DNA of 64,000 nucleotides from Balanoglossus misakiensis. Its lineage: Eukaryota; Animalia; Hemichordata. Location: assembly GCA_040954595.2 (NCBI GenBank), contig CM082584.2, positions 7,149,919 to 7,213,918 of the forward strand, written 5' to 3'. The notes under the pieces were generated by a model that searched no databases, was not told the origin of the DNA, and worked only from the letters and a program-made list of their open reading frames with translations. Numbering within the stretch: position 1 is the stretch's first letter; the number at the start of each line of letters is the position of its first letter. Below are positions 1-14,500 of this stretch, one piece after another. The position numbers and the translations under genes were made by a program.

Positions 1-1091
1 TCCAGTGAGGGCTATGTCATTGACAATGAGACGGTCAAGCAGTTAAGTCTGGTCACACCTTGTTGATCGACAATCCATCTTCAAAGTACATGCATGTACA
101 CATGAAGACAAACCCCTACGGCCTGAGTATCCATCTGCCCTTTCTCTCATACCTCACTTCTGCACACTTAACCAATCTCTCTGTGGTTATGTCGTTGATA
201 ATGACTTGTTCTCTGCACTTCCAGAAGCTCTTCTCTTCCTTCCTACTCACTAGACTTTGCTACTGACTGTGACTTCACAGAGGCTTACTCTGAGATGTAA
301 GACACGCATCGATGTTCTGTCACGAGTCGTTGTCAAACGTGTTACCTGTTGCATATGAGTTCCAAGGCTAGGTTGTGTTGTCAAAAGTGTGCGCTTGAAA
401 CCAGTGATTTCTGTTGATAAAATCACATCTCTTTCACTTGAGCAGATGGATCTGTTGGTGAATGTGGATATACATGTAACTTGTGTGTGAATAAGAGCTT
501 GCATCATACACACTCTGTGTCGTTGGATCATGATCAGAATTGTAACATCTCACATGATCTGTGTGGCCAACTCTTGGGTTGGACGAATGTGGTTTTGTTC
601 ATGATTTCAGTGGCCAAGTGCGTGTTTCTTTATGATTGAACTCGAACAGGATTCATACACACCAGAAATTTTTGTGAAAAAGTTTGGGTATTTTACACTT
701 CTCAAAAGACTAAAAATTGAAATTTACACCTGCCACGGAAGGTAATGAAAAAACTCTGTTATTGCCTCATGTTGCCACAAATGTCAATTGAAGCAATCAT
801 GGACAATTTGACCTCAAATTAAAGTGCTTGAAAACCACAGGAAAAACTGGAAAAGTCCTAAAATTTGAATAATTTCTGTTAACCCCTGTCAAAGACATTG
901 TGTTGTACAGAGTAGGATAAATCAGTTGGCCTCATCAAGGACATGTATCTCATTAAGTATCTTAAAGATAAATCATAATTGTTGTATTTATTTATCATTA
1001 ATTGTTTCAAGGATTACTTTGACATTAAGGTACAAAGCAAAAGTACATTAATGAACATTTTTGGCAAAAATGGTACATGCAGCAATTAGTT

Positions 1092-1132
1092 TTGTTGTTG
1101 TTACTGTTGTTGTTGTTGTTGTTGTTGTTGTT
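1092..1132. repeat. (GTT)n microsatellite, intronic
   Basis: Direct reading; one interruption. Confidence 0.95.
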
Positions 1133-1509
1133 TAGCAACATTTATAATGTAATGGCAAGCATACACTATCCAAAATGTCAAAATGTTATCAAAAAACAAT
1201 GAAACATGACCATGTCTTCCTGGCTAAAACTTGAAAACAATTGTTTTGGATGGGAAATGCCGGACAAAGTACAGATAAACTGGAAATGATCGCAGATTTC
1301 TGTGAGTTACAAGGACAAGGATTACCAGTGGAAACTTAACTGCACTATATTCACTTAATGTGTGTGAAATGTTAAAAGGCAAATGCAAATTTTACAGCGT
1401 GTGTTGTATTGTGCATATAATTACATGTGTTGCTTAACTCTTTGCTCTTAACATGCTTTATAACTGCTGCTAAGCTGCTTTTTTTTCTCTGTTTGCCTCT
1501 CCTACTCAG

Positions 1510-2347
1510 CGATGATGACAAAAAAAATGGTTTTCGAATTTACAGGCCATGGCTCAAAGACAGCTACCATGTTTCTGACATAGAAAAGAATAAGCCAGGT
1601 AAGTGATTTCACTGCCCTAAGTTAGTGTTTCTATAGTATTGGGAAAATCATGTTTCCCACTGACTGATTTACTGCATCTGTGCAACTGTTTGAAAACACT
1701 GGAGAATTTCTATGAATTTCTTAGTGTCAGCCATGATGTAATGTGGATAAATGTTCTTGTTTTCTGTCTGATATAATGCAGGAAAAGCAGAAGTTCTCTC
1801 TCAAGAAGATGTACCAGAAGACTATGAATACAACAGTGACCTGAATAATGACGGGTAAGTGAAATCCTAATGTTGATATAACATGTACAATGGTTGGGCA
1901 GGGTCTCTCACTGAACAGTGGGAACAATGCTGATGACATGTTTATAAACAGAAACGTCGCACATGTGCAGTTTAGACGACCGTAAACTCTCTCACAGCAC
2001 CTCTCGCGGTCCATGCAGGCTTATGGTCTGTTTGCATGTGTGCCCGACGAGAGGTTCGCTACACAACACCATATGGGGCTTCTCCTTTGCTGAACAGTTG
2101 AGGGTGCGTCAGTGTACAACATGTAAAGAGCCTTGTAGTAAACCGTGGGCTGTGACAGAGTCGAAAACAACCCTCAGAGAGTCTAAGACGACCCTCACCA
2201 AATTTCTGTAAAATATTGTCAATGCCAATTTTTCTCTGTTTCAGAAATGTGTATTCATTTGACAACCTGGCAGCAACTCAACCAGCTAGTAATGGAATGC
2301 AACCAGATGCAGATTCGAATTCAGAAACCTCAACAACAAACTTTTGA
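1510..2347 (+). CDS. 3' terminal coding exons of an unidentified gene (probable cytoplasmic tail of a membrane protein); exons 1510-1598, 1782-1854, 2245-2347
   Basis: Three AG/GT-bounded exons (both donors GTAAGT) join in phase to ...DDDKKNGFRIYRPWLKDSYHVSDIEKNKPGKAEVLSQEDVPEDYEYNSDLNNDGNVYSFDNLAATQPASNGMQPDADSNSETSTTNF*. Bases 1-41 (SSEGYVIDNETVK, weaker donor GTTAAG) are phase-compatible as a preceding exon. An AATAAA lies at 3726-3731. Confidence 0.6.
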
Positions 2348-4050
2348 TTTGATTTGATCAAGTAGTATCTTTGTCCTTAGACGTAAACTTACATTTTATT
2401 TTTAACCATATTGTACTTCATTATCCTGAGAAGCAAAAACAGCAAAACTTACCTGTGTACAAGTATGTAATGTTTTGCCAGATCTTGCCTGTAGTACCAT
2501 ATAGCCTTAAACGTGTATACCTCCTAGTAATACACCACAGAATAGAATATGTCTAATATCACCAGATGTATCAGTAAAAAGAAAAGTTTAATAGATATAC
2601 AATGTACTAGTCGTGGAGGTACTTTGTCACACTTGAGAAACTTGTGCAGAATGGTGTAGGGAAGTGACAGTCTGTTTTTAATACAACCCTTATATTGTTA
2701 TAACCACTCAGGTACTCAATGATTAAGCATAATGGCAAGTAGCTGATTTTAATCTTTTGAGGCTGTACATTACATGTCTGCTGACTTACGCAATCAATAC
2801 TTTAGAAGAAAAAACAAAATCAGTATTCAAAATTCACTCACTGAGAGTATAAAGTATAAGTATGTTCAGATACTCCTTTATGTATCGCTGTATATTTTAA
2901 GTAATTTCAACTTATATGTTTATACCTATTTGCTCAAGAAATGCCAGTTTACAATTCTGACCACTTTGCTTTCCTGTCTGTTTGGCAATCAACAACAACA
3001 AAAGTCAAATTGACATCATAAAATGTGATAACAATAATATAGTTAATACATGTCATAGGTGCTGTCTTTTTTCAGCATAATCACAGGAAAGCTTGTGGTC
3101 ATGACATGTACAGGCAAGTAGTATTCACATGGTACATACATGTACATGTATCTTGCGCCAGTTGTTTACAATATATCTGAGTCTCGCTACTATGCACATT
3201 TTTATTTAATACCAGTAAATTTATATGCCTACTACACAGAAAGTGTAATGTGTATGCCTTAAACATACATGTATCCTTCATTTTAAGTTTGTGGAACATG
3301 CGTTAATCTCCCTAATGTTTAATACACAGAAGTGATTGTATATTTTGTTTGTACACAATGCAAATTGAATATCAAAGATTGCTGCAGAATTTACAGCTGC
3401 AATTTAAGTAAATGAACTTTTCTAGCTACAGTGTACCACCCTGAAAATCATTTAATCAAATTGGAATCTCATTCCAGCGTCCGTCCACATTATTTGTGAT
3501 GTGTTCTTCAGTAGCAATCAATTCCATGCATTGTGGACAAGTCTAGACTTTTACTAAAGCATCAGTTTTCATTATCAATTGTGAATGCAATCTACTTAAA
3601 ATCCACACCAGCTGAACACGTTAAATTTGGAAATTCTTAGTGACACCTGTAAAAAGCCATGTCAAAACTATAATTTTTCTGATTATGTAAAGATCCAGTG
3701 CTGCAAATTTCACTTTTTATATACAAATAAAATACATTAAACCAAAAGGTGAGGCTCTGTGTCTTTCAGTCCTGATTAATCTGCAACCAAAACTCGGCAT
3801 GCAATCTTCAATTTTAACTGTTGAGTGTATTTCATGGTAGACCTTACAGGTGAACTATCCAACAGATGGAGCCCTGCTGTGATAGTCTGCATTATAAACA
3901 AGATAACTGCTTCAGAAAATGGTGCACTGAGACCTGGATGGACAGTGGACACCCCAACATTCAAAACAACTGCGCCACTGACAGCAGAGCTAAAACAGTG
4001 GAGGAGTACATCGCCAGTGAAACTGATAGCTGCTGAAGTTGGCAGTGCAG

Positions 4051-4986
4051 TCAATTTTTAAATGGTGCGCTGAGTACTTTCTTGAAAGCCGAACGAAACT
4101 CCCCACTTCTGTACGCATATATTGCCGGATTCACCGCAGAATTTACATTGGAAAACCCTGAGCAAATGGTTGAAATCCAGACCATGCTGCAAAGATCGCC
4201 TTCGAATGCGAATGTCATGTACAGTTGCAAAGCGATCAGAGGTACGAAGGACAAGAGTAACGCCCCGAGGACAAGAGACACCGTCTTGACTGCCTTCAGC
4301 TCCCTCCTGAAGGAAGTGTTTTCCAGACATAGCAACCGTCCCTGGTTTGCGATTTTTCTGGCTTGTTTTCTGGCGATGTAAAATATGTGGCCGTAGACGC
4401 ACAGAATGATGACGAGAGGCGACACGAAGCAAACGATGGTGATGACGGTTCTGAAGAGCCCGGGCACAGCTTCATCCATGGAGCAGTGGCCAGTCAGGGT
4501 GACATTCCCGTCGGGCGTCGTCACACCTCCGATGAACTGTGTGGAAATGTAAGCAGCCGGTACAAGCCATAATACAACGATCACGACAGCCACTTTCTTC
4601 TTCGTCATCGCTGAGAAATAAGTCAGCGGGTTCGTGATGGCTCGGTGGCGGTCGAACCCGATGGCCAGGATGTGGAAGATGGAGATGAGCCAGCCCAGTG
4701 CCAGAATCGAAGCCCGGACCAGGCAGTTGTACTCGCTGGGCACTGGGATGTGCTCGTCGTACACAACCATAGCCATGACCAGAGTGGCGGCCACGAACAA
4801 GTCTCCAAATGCCAGACTCACCAGATAACAATTGGTGAGGGTCTGCAAGTTCTTGAATTTAAACACCGATACGATGACTAGAGTGTTGCCCAACCATATG
4901 AGTGTTATGAGACTCACAAAGACGGAGTACCAAATGCTAATAAATGCTGTCTCTTCTTCTTCGGGACAGTGCGCTAACTCGGCCAT
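4051..4986 (-). CDS. Class A (rhodopsin-like) GPCR paralogue 1, intronless, ~311 aa; orphan adenosine/MECA-like, non-aminergic
   Basis: Seven hydrophobic segments. GN in TM1, SLAFGD in TM2, C3.25, DRH (DRY variant), TM4 W, KAVKT in TM6, NPAIY in TM7, helix 8 EFRSAFKK. The ATG at 4986 is in ACCATGG context; the ORF track begins two codons earlier at a GTG. Confidence 0.93.
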   Translation of the reverse strand: MAELAHCPEEEETAFISIWYSVFVSLITLIWLGNTLVIVSVFKFKNLQTLTNCYLVSLAFGDLFVAATLVMAMVVYDEHIPVPSEYNCLVRASILALGWLISIFHILAIGFDRHRAITNPLTYFSAMTKKKVAVVIVVLWLVPAAYISTQFIGGVTTPDGNVTLTGHCSMDEAVPGLFRTVITIVCFVSPLVIILCVYGHIFYIARKQARKIANQGRLLCLENTSFRRELKAVKTVSLVLGALLLSFVPLIALQLYMTFAFEGDLCSMVWISTICSGFSNVNSAVNPAIYAYRSGEFRSAFKKVLSAPFKN

Positions 4987-5588
4987 GGTCACCGACTGTG
5001 TATCTCAGTAGTAATGGTGAAAATGAGAATGGAACAAGAGAATCAACTTCCATTAAAGACGTCACGTCTACAATTTTTATATTGATTCTGACAATCAACA
5101 ATTTTAAGGCATATTTCAATTTTATTGATTGATTTTTCATGTAACCAGTGTTCATCAAAGCGAACACCTGCCAAATATGAAAAAACACAGAAAATTTACA
5201 GAAATGCTTTGTAATATTGATAGTTAGAACCTAACTGACACATATATACCCGATCAAGTCGTTATTGCATTGCTTCAAGCAAATCAGTGTGAGGCGTGAT
5301 GACACACAATTGCATGATTCTGAAGATAGTGATCTTGTTGTTTTGTTGCAATGTGTTAATGGATTTGGCATCGGATGTACATATTTTTACCAGAGGCGGA
5401 AATCTCCAATTAGTGTCTATCATATTGATGTGAGGTGGGTTGTCATGTTTGCAAAATAAATGTAAATTTATGCAATGCATATTGTTATACACCTTGTCTG
5501 ATTTCTGTCCTTTTTATGTGCGGTTAGTTAATAATTTCATAAATTAGAAACAGTTTAGTTTAGTATGACAACTGTTGCCTGAAACACA

Positions 5589-8500
5589 ATGACAATTTTT
5601 CGACTTTCCGAAATATCAAAATTTCTTCATTTTTTCGAAAAAATCATGGGTTATAGCTCATGAAAATCATCCAAAAATGAAAATTTTTCGACTTTCCGAG
5701 ATATCAAAATTTCTTCATTTTTTCCAAAAAAAACATGGGTTATAGCTCATGAAAATCATCCAAAAATGACAATTTTTCGACTTTCCGAGATATCAAAATG
5801 TCTTCATTTTTTCGAAAAAACCATGGGTTATAGCTCATGAAAATCATCCAAAAATGACAATTTTTCGACTTTCCGAGATATCGAAATTTCTTCATTTTTT
5901 CGAAAAAAAACATGGGTTATAGCTCATGAAAATCATCCAAAAATGACAATTTTTCGACTTTCCGAGATATCGAAATTTCTTCATTTTTTCGAAAAAACCA
6001 TGGGTTATAGCTCATGAAAATCATCCAAAAATGACAATTTTTCGACTTTCCGAGATATCAAAATTTCTTCATTTTTTCGAAAAAACCATGGGTTATAGCT
6101 CATGAAAATCATCCAAAAATGACAATTTTTCGACTTTCCGAGATATCAAAATTTCTTCATTTTTTCGAAAAAACCATGGGTTATAGCTCATGAAAATCAT
6201 CCAAAAATGACAAATTTTCGACTTTCCGAGATATCAAAATTTCTTCATTTTTTCGAAAAAACCATGGGTTATAGCTCATGAAAATCATCCAAAAATGACA
6301 AATTTTCGACTTTCCGAGATATCAAAATTTCTTCATTTTTTCGAAAAAACCATGGGTTATAGCTCATGAAAATCATCCAAAAATGACAAATTTTCGACTT
6401 TCCGAGATATCAAAATTTCTTCATTTTTTCGAAAAAACCATGGGTTATAGCTCATGAAAATCATCCAAAAATGACAATTTTTCGACTTTCCGAGATATCA
6501 AAATTTCTTCATTTTTTCGAAAAAACCATGGGTTATAGCCCATGAAAATCATCCAAAAATGACAATTTTTCAACTTTCCGAGATATCAAAATTTCTTCAT
6601 TTTTTCGAAAAAACCATGGGTTATAGCTCATGAAAATCATCCAAAAATGACAATTTTTCGACTTTCCGAGATACCAACATTTCTTCATTTTTTCGAAAAA
6701 ACCATGGGTTATAGCTCATGAAAATCATCCAAAAATGACAATTTTTCGACTTTCCGAGATATCAAAATTTCTTCATTTTTTCGAAAAAACCATGGGTTAT
6801 AGCCCATGAAAATCATCCAAAAATGACAATTTTTCGACTTTCCGAGATATCAAAATTTCTTCATTTTTTCGAAAAAACCATGGGTTATAGCTCATGAAAA
6901 TCATCCAAAAATGACAATTTTTCGACTTTCCGAGATATCAAAATTTCTTCATTTTTTCGAAAAAACCATGGGTTATAGCCCATGAAAATCATCCAAAAAT
7001 GACAATTTTTCGACTTTCCGAGATATCAAAATTTCTTCATTTTTTCGAAAAAACCATGGGTTATAGCCCATGAAAATCATCCAAAAATGACAATTTTTCG
7101 ACTTTCCGAGATATCAAAATTTCTTCATTTTTTCGAAAAAACCATGGGTTATAGCCCATGAAAATCATCCAAAAATGACAATTTTTCGACTTTCCGAGAT
7201 ATCAAAATTTCTTCATTTTTTCGAAAAAACCATGGGTTATAGCCCATGAAAATCATCCAAAAATGACAATTTTTCGACTTTCCGAGATATCAAAATTTCT
7301 TCATTTTTTCGAAAAAACCATGGGTTATAGCCCATGAAAATCATCCAAAAATGACAATTTTTCGACTTTCCGAGATATCAAAATTTCTTCATTTTTTCGA
7401 AAAAACCATGGGTTATAGCCCATGAAAATCATCCAAAAATGACAATTTTTCGACTTTCCGAGATATCAAAATTTCTTCATTTTTTCGAAAAAACCATGGG
7501 TTATAGCCCATGAAAATCATCCAAAAATGACAATTTTTCGACTTTCCGAGATATCAAAATTTCTTCATTTTTTCGAAAAAACCATGGGTTATAGCCCATG
7601 AAAATCATCCAAAAATGACAATTTTTCGACTTTCCGAGATATCAAAATTTCTTCATTTTTTCGAAAAAACCATGGGTTATAGCCCATGAAAATCATCCAA
7701 AAATGACAATTTTTCGACTTTCCGAGATATCAAAATTTCTTCATTTTTTTGAAAAAACCATGGGTTATAGCCCATGAAAATCATCCAAAAATGACAATTT
7801 TTCGACTTTCCGAGATATCAAAATTTCTTCATTTTTTCGAAAAACCATGGGTTATAGCCCATGAAAATCATCCAAAAATGACAATTTTTCGACTTTCCGA
7901 GATATCAAAATTTCTTCATTTTTTCGAAAAAACCATGGGTTATAGCCCATGAAAATCATCCAAAAATGACAATTTTTCGACTTTCCGAGATATCAAAATT
8001 TCTTCATTTTTTCGAAAAAACCATGGGTTATAGCCCATGAAAATCATCCAAAAATGACAATTTTTCGACTTTCCGAGATATCAAAATTTCTTCATTTTTT
8101 CGAAAAAACCATGGGTTATAGCCCATGAAAATCATCCAAAAATGACAATTTTTCGACTTTCCGAGATATCAAAATTTCTTCATTTTTTCGAAAAAACCAT
8201 GGGTTATAGCCCATGAAAATCATCCAAAAATGACAATTTTTCGACTTTCCGAGATATCAAAATTTCTTCATTTTTTCGAAAAAACCATGGGTTATAGCCC
8301 ATGAAAATCATCCAAAAATGACAATTTTTCGACTTTCCGAGATATCAAAATTTCTTCATTTTTTCGAAAAAACCATGGGTTATAGCCCATGAAAATCATC
8401 CAAAAATGACAATTTTTCGACTTTCCGAGATATCAAAATTTCTTCATTTTTTCGAAAAACCATGGGTTATAGCCCATGAAAATCATCCAAAAATGACAAT

Positions 8501-11500
8501 TTTTCGACTTTCCGAGATATCAAAATTTCTTCATTTTTTCGAAAAAACCATGGGTTATAGCCCATGAAAATCATCCAAAAATGATAATTTTTCGACTTTC
8601 CGAGATATCAAAATTTCTTCATTTTTTCGAAAAAACCATGGGTTATAGCCCATGAAAATCATCCAAAAATGACAATTTTTCGACTTTCCGAGATATCAAA
8701 ATTTCTTCATTTTTTCGAAAAAACCATGGGTTATAGCCCATGAAAATCATCCAAAAATGATAATTTTTCGACTTTCCGAGATATCAAAATTTCTTCATTT
8801 TTTCGAAAAAACCATGGGTTATAGCCCATGAAAATCATCCAAAAATGACAATTTTTCGACTTTCCGAGATATCAAAATTTCTTCATTTTTTCGAAAAAAC
8901 CATGGGTTATAGCCCATGAAAATCATCCAAAAATGACAATTTTTCGACTTTCCGAGATATCAAAATTTCTTCATTTTTTCGAAAAAAACATGGGTTATAG
9001 CCCATGAAAATCATCCAAAAATGACAATTTTTCGACTTTCCGAGATATCAAAATTTCTTCATTTTTTCGAAAAAACCATGGGTTATAGCCCATGAAAATC
9101 ATCCAAAAATGACAATTTTTCGACTTTCCGAGATATCAAAATTTCTTCATTTTTTCGAAAAAACCATGGGTTATAGCCCATGAAAATCATCCAAAAATGA
9201 CAATTTTTCGACTTTCCGAGATATCAAAATTTCTTCATTTTTTCGAAAAAACCATGGGTTATAGCCCATGAAAATCATCCAAAAATGACAATTTTTCGAC
9301 TTTCCGAGATATCAAAATTTCTTCATTTTTTCGAAAAAACCATGGGTTATAGCCCATGAAAATCATCCAAAAATGACAATTTTTCGACTTTCCGAGATAT
9401 CAAAATTTCTTCATTTTTTCGAAAAAACCATGGGTTATAGCCCATGAAAATCATCCAAAAATGACAATTTTTCGACTTTCCGAGATATCAAAATTTCTTC
9501 ATTTTTTCGAAAAAACCATGGGTTACAGCCCATGAAAATCATCCAAAAATGACAATTTTTCGACTTTCCGAGATATCAAAATTTCTTCATTTTTTCGAAA
9601 AAACCATGGGTTATAGCCCATGAAAATCATCCAAAAATGACAATTTTTCGACTTTCCGAGATATCAAAATTTCTTCATTTTTTCGAAAAAACCATGGGTT
9701 ATAGCCCATGAAAATCATCCAAAAATGACAATTTTTCGACTTTCAGAGATATCAAAATTTCTTCATTTTTTCGAAAAAACCATGGGTTATAGCCCATGAA
9801 AATCATCCAAAAATGACAATTTTTCGACTTTCCGAGATATCAAAATTTCTTCATTTTTTCGAAAAACCATGGGTTATAGCCCATGAAAATCATCCAAAAA
9901 TGACAATTTTTCGACTTTCCGAGATATCAAAATTTCTTCATTTTTTCGAAAAAACCATGGGTTATAGCCCATGAAAATCATCCAAAAATGACAATTTTTC
10001 GACTTTCCGAGATATCAAAATTTCTTCATTTTTTCGAAAAACCATGGGTTATAGCCCATGAAAATCATCCAAAAATGACAATTTTTCGACTTTCCGAGAT
10101 ATCAAAATTTCTTCATTTTTTCGAAAAAACCATGGGTTATAGCCCATGAAAATCATCCAAAAATGATAATTTTTCGACTTTCCGAGATATCAAAATTTCT
10201 TCATTTTTTCGAAAAAACCATGGGTTATAGCCCATGAAAATCATCCAAAAATGACAATTTTTCGACTTTCCGAGATATCAAAATTTCTTCATTTTTTCGA
10301 AAAAACCATGGGTTATAGCCCATGAAAATCATCCAAAAATGATAATTTTTCGACTTTCCGAGATATCAAAATTTCTTCATTTTTTCGAAAAAACCATGGG
10401 TTATAGCCCATGAAAATCATCCAAAAATGACAATTTTTCGACTTTCCGAGATATCAAAATTTCTTCATTTTTTCGAAAAAACCATGGGTTATAGCCCATG
10501 AAAATCATCCAAAAATGACAATTTTTCGACTTTCCGAGATATCAAAATTTCTTCATTTTTTCGAAAAAAACATGGGTTATAGCCCATGAAAATCATCCAA
10601 AAATGACAATTTTTCGACTTTCCGAGATATCAAAATTTCTTCATTTTTTCGAAAAAACCATGGGTTATAGCCCATGAAAATCATCCAAAAATGACAATTT
10701 TTCGACTTTCCGAGATATCAAAATTTCTTCATTTTTTCGAAAAAACCATGGGTTATAGCCCATGAAAATCATCCAAAAATGACAATTTTTCGACTTTCCG
10801 AGATATCAAAATTTCTTCATTTTTTCGAAAAAACCATGGGTTATAGCCCATGAAAATCATCCAAAAATGACAATTTTTCGACTTTCCGAGATATCAAAAT
10901 TTCTTCATTTTTTCGAAAAAACCATGGGTTATAGCCCATGAAAATCATCCAAAAATGACAATTTTTCGACTTTCCGAGATATCAAAATTTCTTCATTTTT
11001 TCGAAAAAACCATGGGTTATAGCCCATGAAAATCATCCAAAAATGACAATTTTTCGACTTTCCGAGATATCAAAATTTCTTCATTTTTTCGAAAAAACCA
11101 TGGGTTACAGCCCATGAAAATCATCCAAAAATGACAATTTTTCGACTTTCCGAGATATCAAAATTTCTTCATTTTTTCGAAAAAACCATGGGTTATAGCC
11201 CATGAAAATCATCCAAAAATGACAATTTTTCGACTTTCCGAGATATCAAAATTTCTTCATTTTTTCGAAAAAACCATGGGTTATAGCCCATGAAAATCAT
11301 CCAAAAATGACAATTTTTCGACTTTCAGAGATATCAAAATTTCTTCATTTTTTCGAAAAAACCATGGGTTATAGCCCATGAAAATCATCCAAAAATGACA
11401 ATTTTTCGACTTTCCGAGATATCAAAATTTCTTCATTTTTTCGAAAAAACCATGGGTTATAGCCCATGAAAATCATCCAAAAATGACAATTTTTCGACTT

Positions 11501-14500
11501 TCCGAGATATCAAAATTTCTTCATTTTTTCGAAAATCATCCAAAAATGACAATTTTTCGACTTTCCGAGATATCAAAATTTCTTCATTTTTTCGAAAAAA
11601 CCATGGGTTATAGCCCATGAAAATCATCCAAAAATGACAATTTTTCGACTTTCCGAGATATCAAAATTTCTTCATTTTTTCGAAAAAACCATGGGTTATA
11701 GCCCATGAAAATCATCCAAAAATGACAATTTTTCGACTTTCCGAGATATCAAAATTTCTTCATTTGTTCGAAAAAACCATGGGTTATAGCCCATGAAAAT
11801 CATCCAAAAATGACAATTTTTCGACTTTCCGAGATATCAAAATTTCTTCATTTTTTCGAAAAAACCATGGGTTATAGCCCATGAAAATCATCCAAAAATT
11901 ACAATTTTTCGACTTTCCGAGATATCAAAATTTCTTCATTTTTTCGAAAAAACCATGGGTTATAGCCCATGAAAATCATCCAAAAATGACAATTTTTCGA
12001 CTTTCCGAGATATCAAAATTTCTTCATTTTTTCGAAAAAACCATGGGTTATAGCCCATGAAAATCATCCAAAAATGACAATTTTTCGACTTTCCGAGATA
12101 TCAAAATTTCTTCATTTTTTCGAAAAAACCATGGGTTATAGCCCATGAAAATCATCCAAAAATGACAATTTTTCGACTTTCCGAGATATCAAAATTTCTT
12201 CATTTTTTCGAAAAAACCATGGGTTATAGCCCATGAAAATCATCCAAAAATGACAATTTTTCGACTTTCCGAGATATCAAAATTTCTTCATTTTTTCGAA
12301 AATCATCCAAAAATGACAATTTTTCGACTTTCCGAGATATCAAAATTTCTTCATTTTTTCGAAAAAACCATGGGTTATAGCCCATGAAAATCATCCAAAA
12401 ATGACAATTTTTCGACTTTCCGAGATATCAAAATTTCTTCATTTTTTCGAAAAAACCATGGGTTATAGCCCATGAAAATCATCCAAAAATGACAATTTTT
12501 CGACTTTCCGAGATATCAAAATTTCTTCATTTTTTCGAAAAAACCATGGGTTATAGCCCATGAAAATCATCCAAAAATGACAATTTTTCGACTTTCCGAG
12601 ATATCAAAATTTCTTCATTTTTTCGAAAAAACCATGGGTTATAGCCCATGAAAATCATCCAAAAATGACAATTTTTCGACTTTCCGAGATATCAAAATTT
12701 CTTCATTTTTTCGAAAAAACCATGGGTTATAGCCCATGAAAATCATCCAAAAATGACAATTTTTCGACTTTCCGAGATATCAAAATTTCTTCATTTTTTC
12801 GAAAAAACCATGGGTTATAGCCCATGAAAATCATCCAAAAATGACAATTTTTCGACTTTCCGAGATATCAAAATTTCTTCATTTTTTCGAAAAAACCATG
12901 GGTTATAGCCCATGAAAATCATCCAAAAATGACAATTTTTCGACTTTCCGAGATATCAAAATTTCTTCATTTTTTCGAAAATCATCCAAAAATGACAATT
13001 TTTCGACTTTCCGAGATATCAAAATTTCTTCATTTTTTCAAAAAAACCATGGGTTATAGCCCATGAAAATCATCCAAAAATGACAATTTTTCGACTTTCC
13101 GAGATATCAAAATTTCTTCATTTTTTCGAAAAAACCATGGGTTATAGCCCATGAAAATCATCCAAAAATGACAATTTTTCGACTTTCCGAGATATCAAAA
13201 TTTCTTCATTTGTTCGAAAAAACCATGGGTTATAGCCCATGAAAATCATCCAAAAATGACAATTTTTCGACTTTCCGAGATATCAAAATTTCTTCATTTT
13301 TTCGAAAAAACCATGGGTTATAGCCCATGAAAATCATCCAAAAATGACAATTTTCCGACTTTCCGAGATATCAAAATTTCTTCATTTTTTCGAAAAACCA
13401 TGGGTTATAGCCCATGAAAATCATCCAAAAATGACAATTTTTCGACTTTCCGAGATATCAAAATTTCTTCATTTTTTCGAAAAAACCATGGGTTATAGCC
13501 CATGAAAATCATCCAAAAATGACAATTTTTCGACTTTCCGAGATATCAAAATTTCTTCATTTTTTCGAAAAAACCATGGGTTATAGCCCATGAAAATCAT
13601 CCAAAAATGACAATTTTTCGACTTTCCGAGATATCAAAATTTCTTCATTTTTTCGAAAAAACCATGGGTTATAGCCCATGAAAATCATCCAAAAATGACA
13701 ATTTTTCGACTTTCCGAGATATCAAAATTTCTTCATTTTTTCGAAAATCATCCAAAAATGACAATTTTTCGACTTTCCGAGATATCAAAATTTCTTCATT
13801 TTTTCGAAAAAACCATGGGTTATAGCCCATGAAAATCATCCAAAAATGACAATTTTTCGACTTTCCGAGATATCAAAATTTCTTCATTTTTTCGAAAAAA
13901 CCATGGGTTATAGCCCATGAAAATCATCCAAAAATGACAATTTTTCGACTTTCCGAGATATCAAAATTTCTTCATTTTTTCGAAAAAACCATGGGTTATA
14001 GCCCATGAAAATCATCCAAAAATGACAATTTTTCGACTTTCCGAGATATCAAAATTTCTTCATTTTTTCGAAAAAACCATGGGTTATAGCCCATGAAAAT
14101 CATCCAAAAATGACAATTTTTCGACTTTCCGAGATATCAAAATTTCTTCATTTTTTCGAAAAAACCATGGGTTATAGCCCATGAAAATCATCCAAAAATG
14201 ACAATTTTTCGACTTTCCGAGATATCAAAATTTCTTCATTTTTTCGAAAAAACCATGGGTTATAGCCCATGAAAATCATCCAAAAATGACAATTTTTCGA
14301 CTTTCCGAGATATCAAAATTTCTTCATTTTTTCGAAAAAACCATGGGTTATAGCCCATGAAAATCATCCAAAAATGACAATTTTTCGACTTTCCGAGATA
14401 TCAAAATTTCTTCATTTTTTCGAAAAAACCATGGGTTATAGCCCATGAAAATCATCCAAAAATGACAATTTTTCGACTTTCCGAGATATCAAAATTTCTT

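Noticed and set aside
60-680. Possible degenerate retroelement or coding remnant
   Set aside because: Coding-like composition, but no recognisable motif in any frame.
4058-4881. Short overlapping and antisense ORFs over the GPCR (and likewise over PGGHG) coding regions
   Set aside because: Shadow ORFs of GC-richer coding sequence.
7749-7952. ORF within the satellite (MKKPWVIAHENHPK...)
   Set aside because: 88 is not a multiple of 3. The ORF exists only because a 1-bp deletion variant keeps one frame open for two units.
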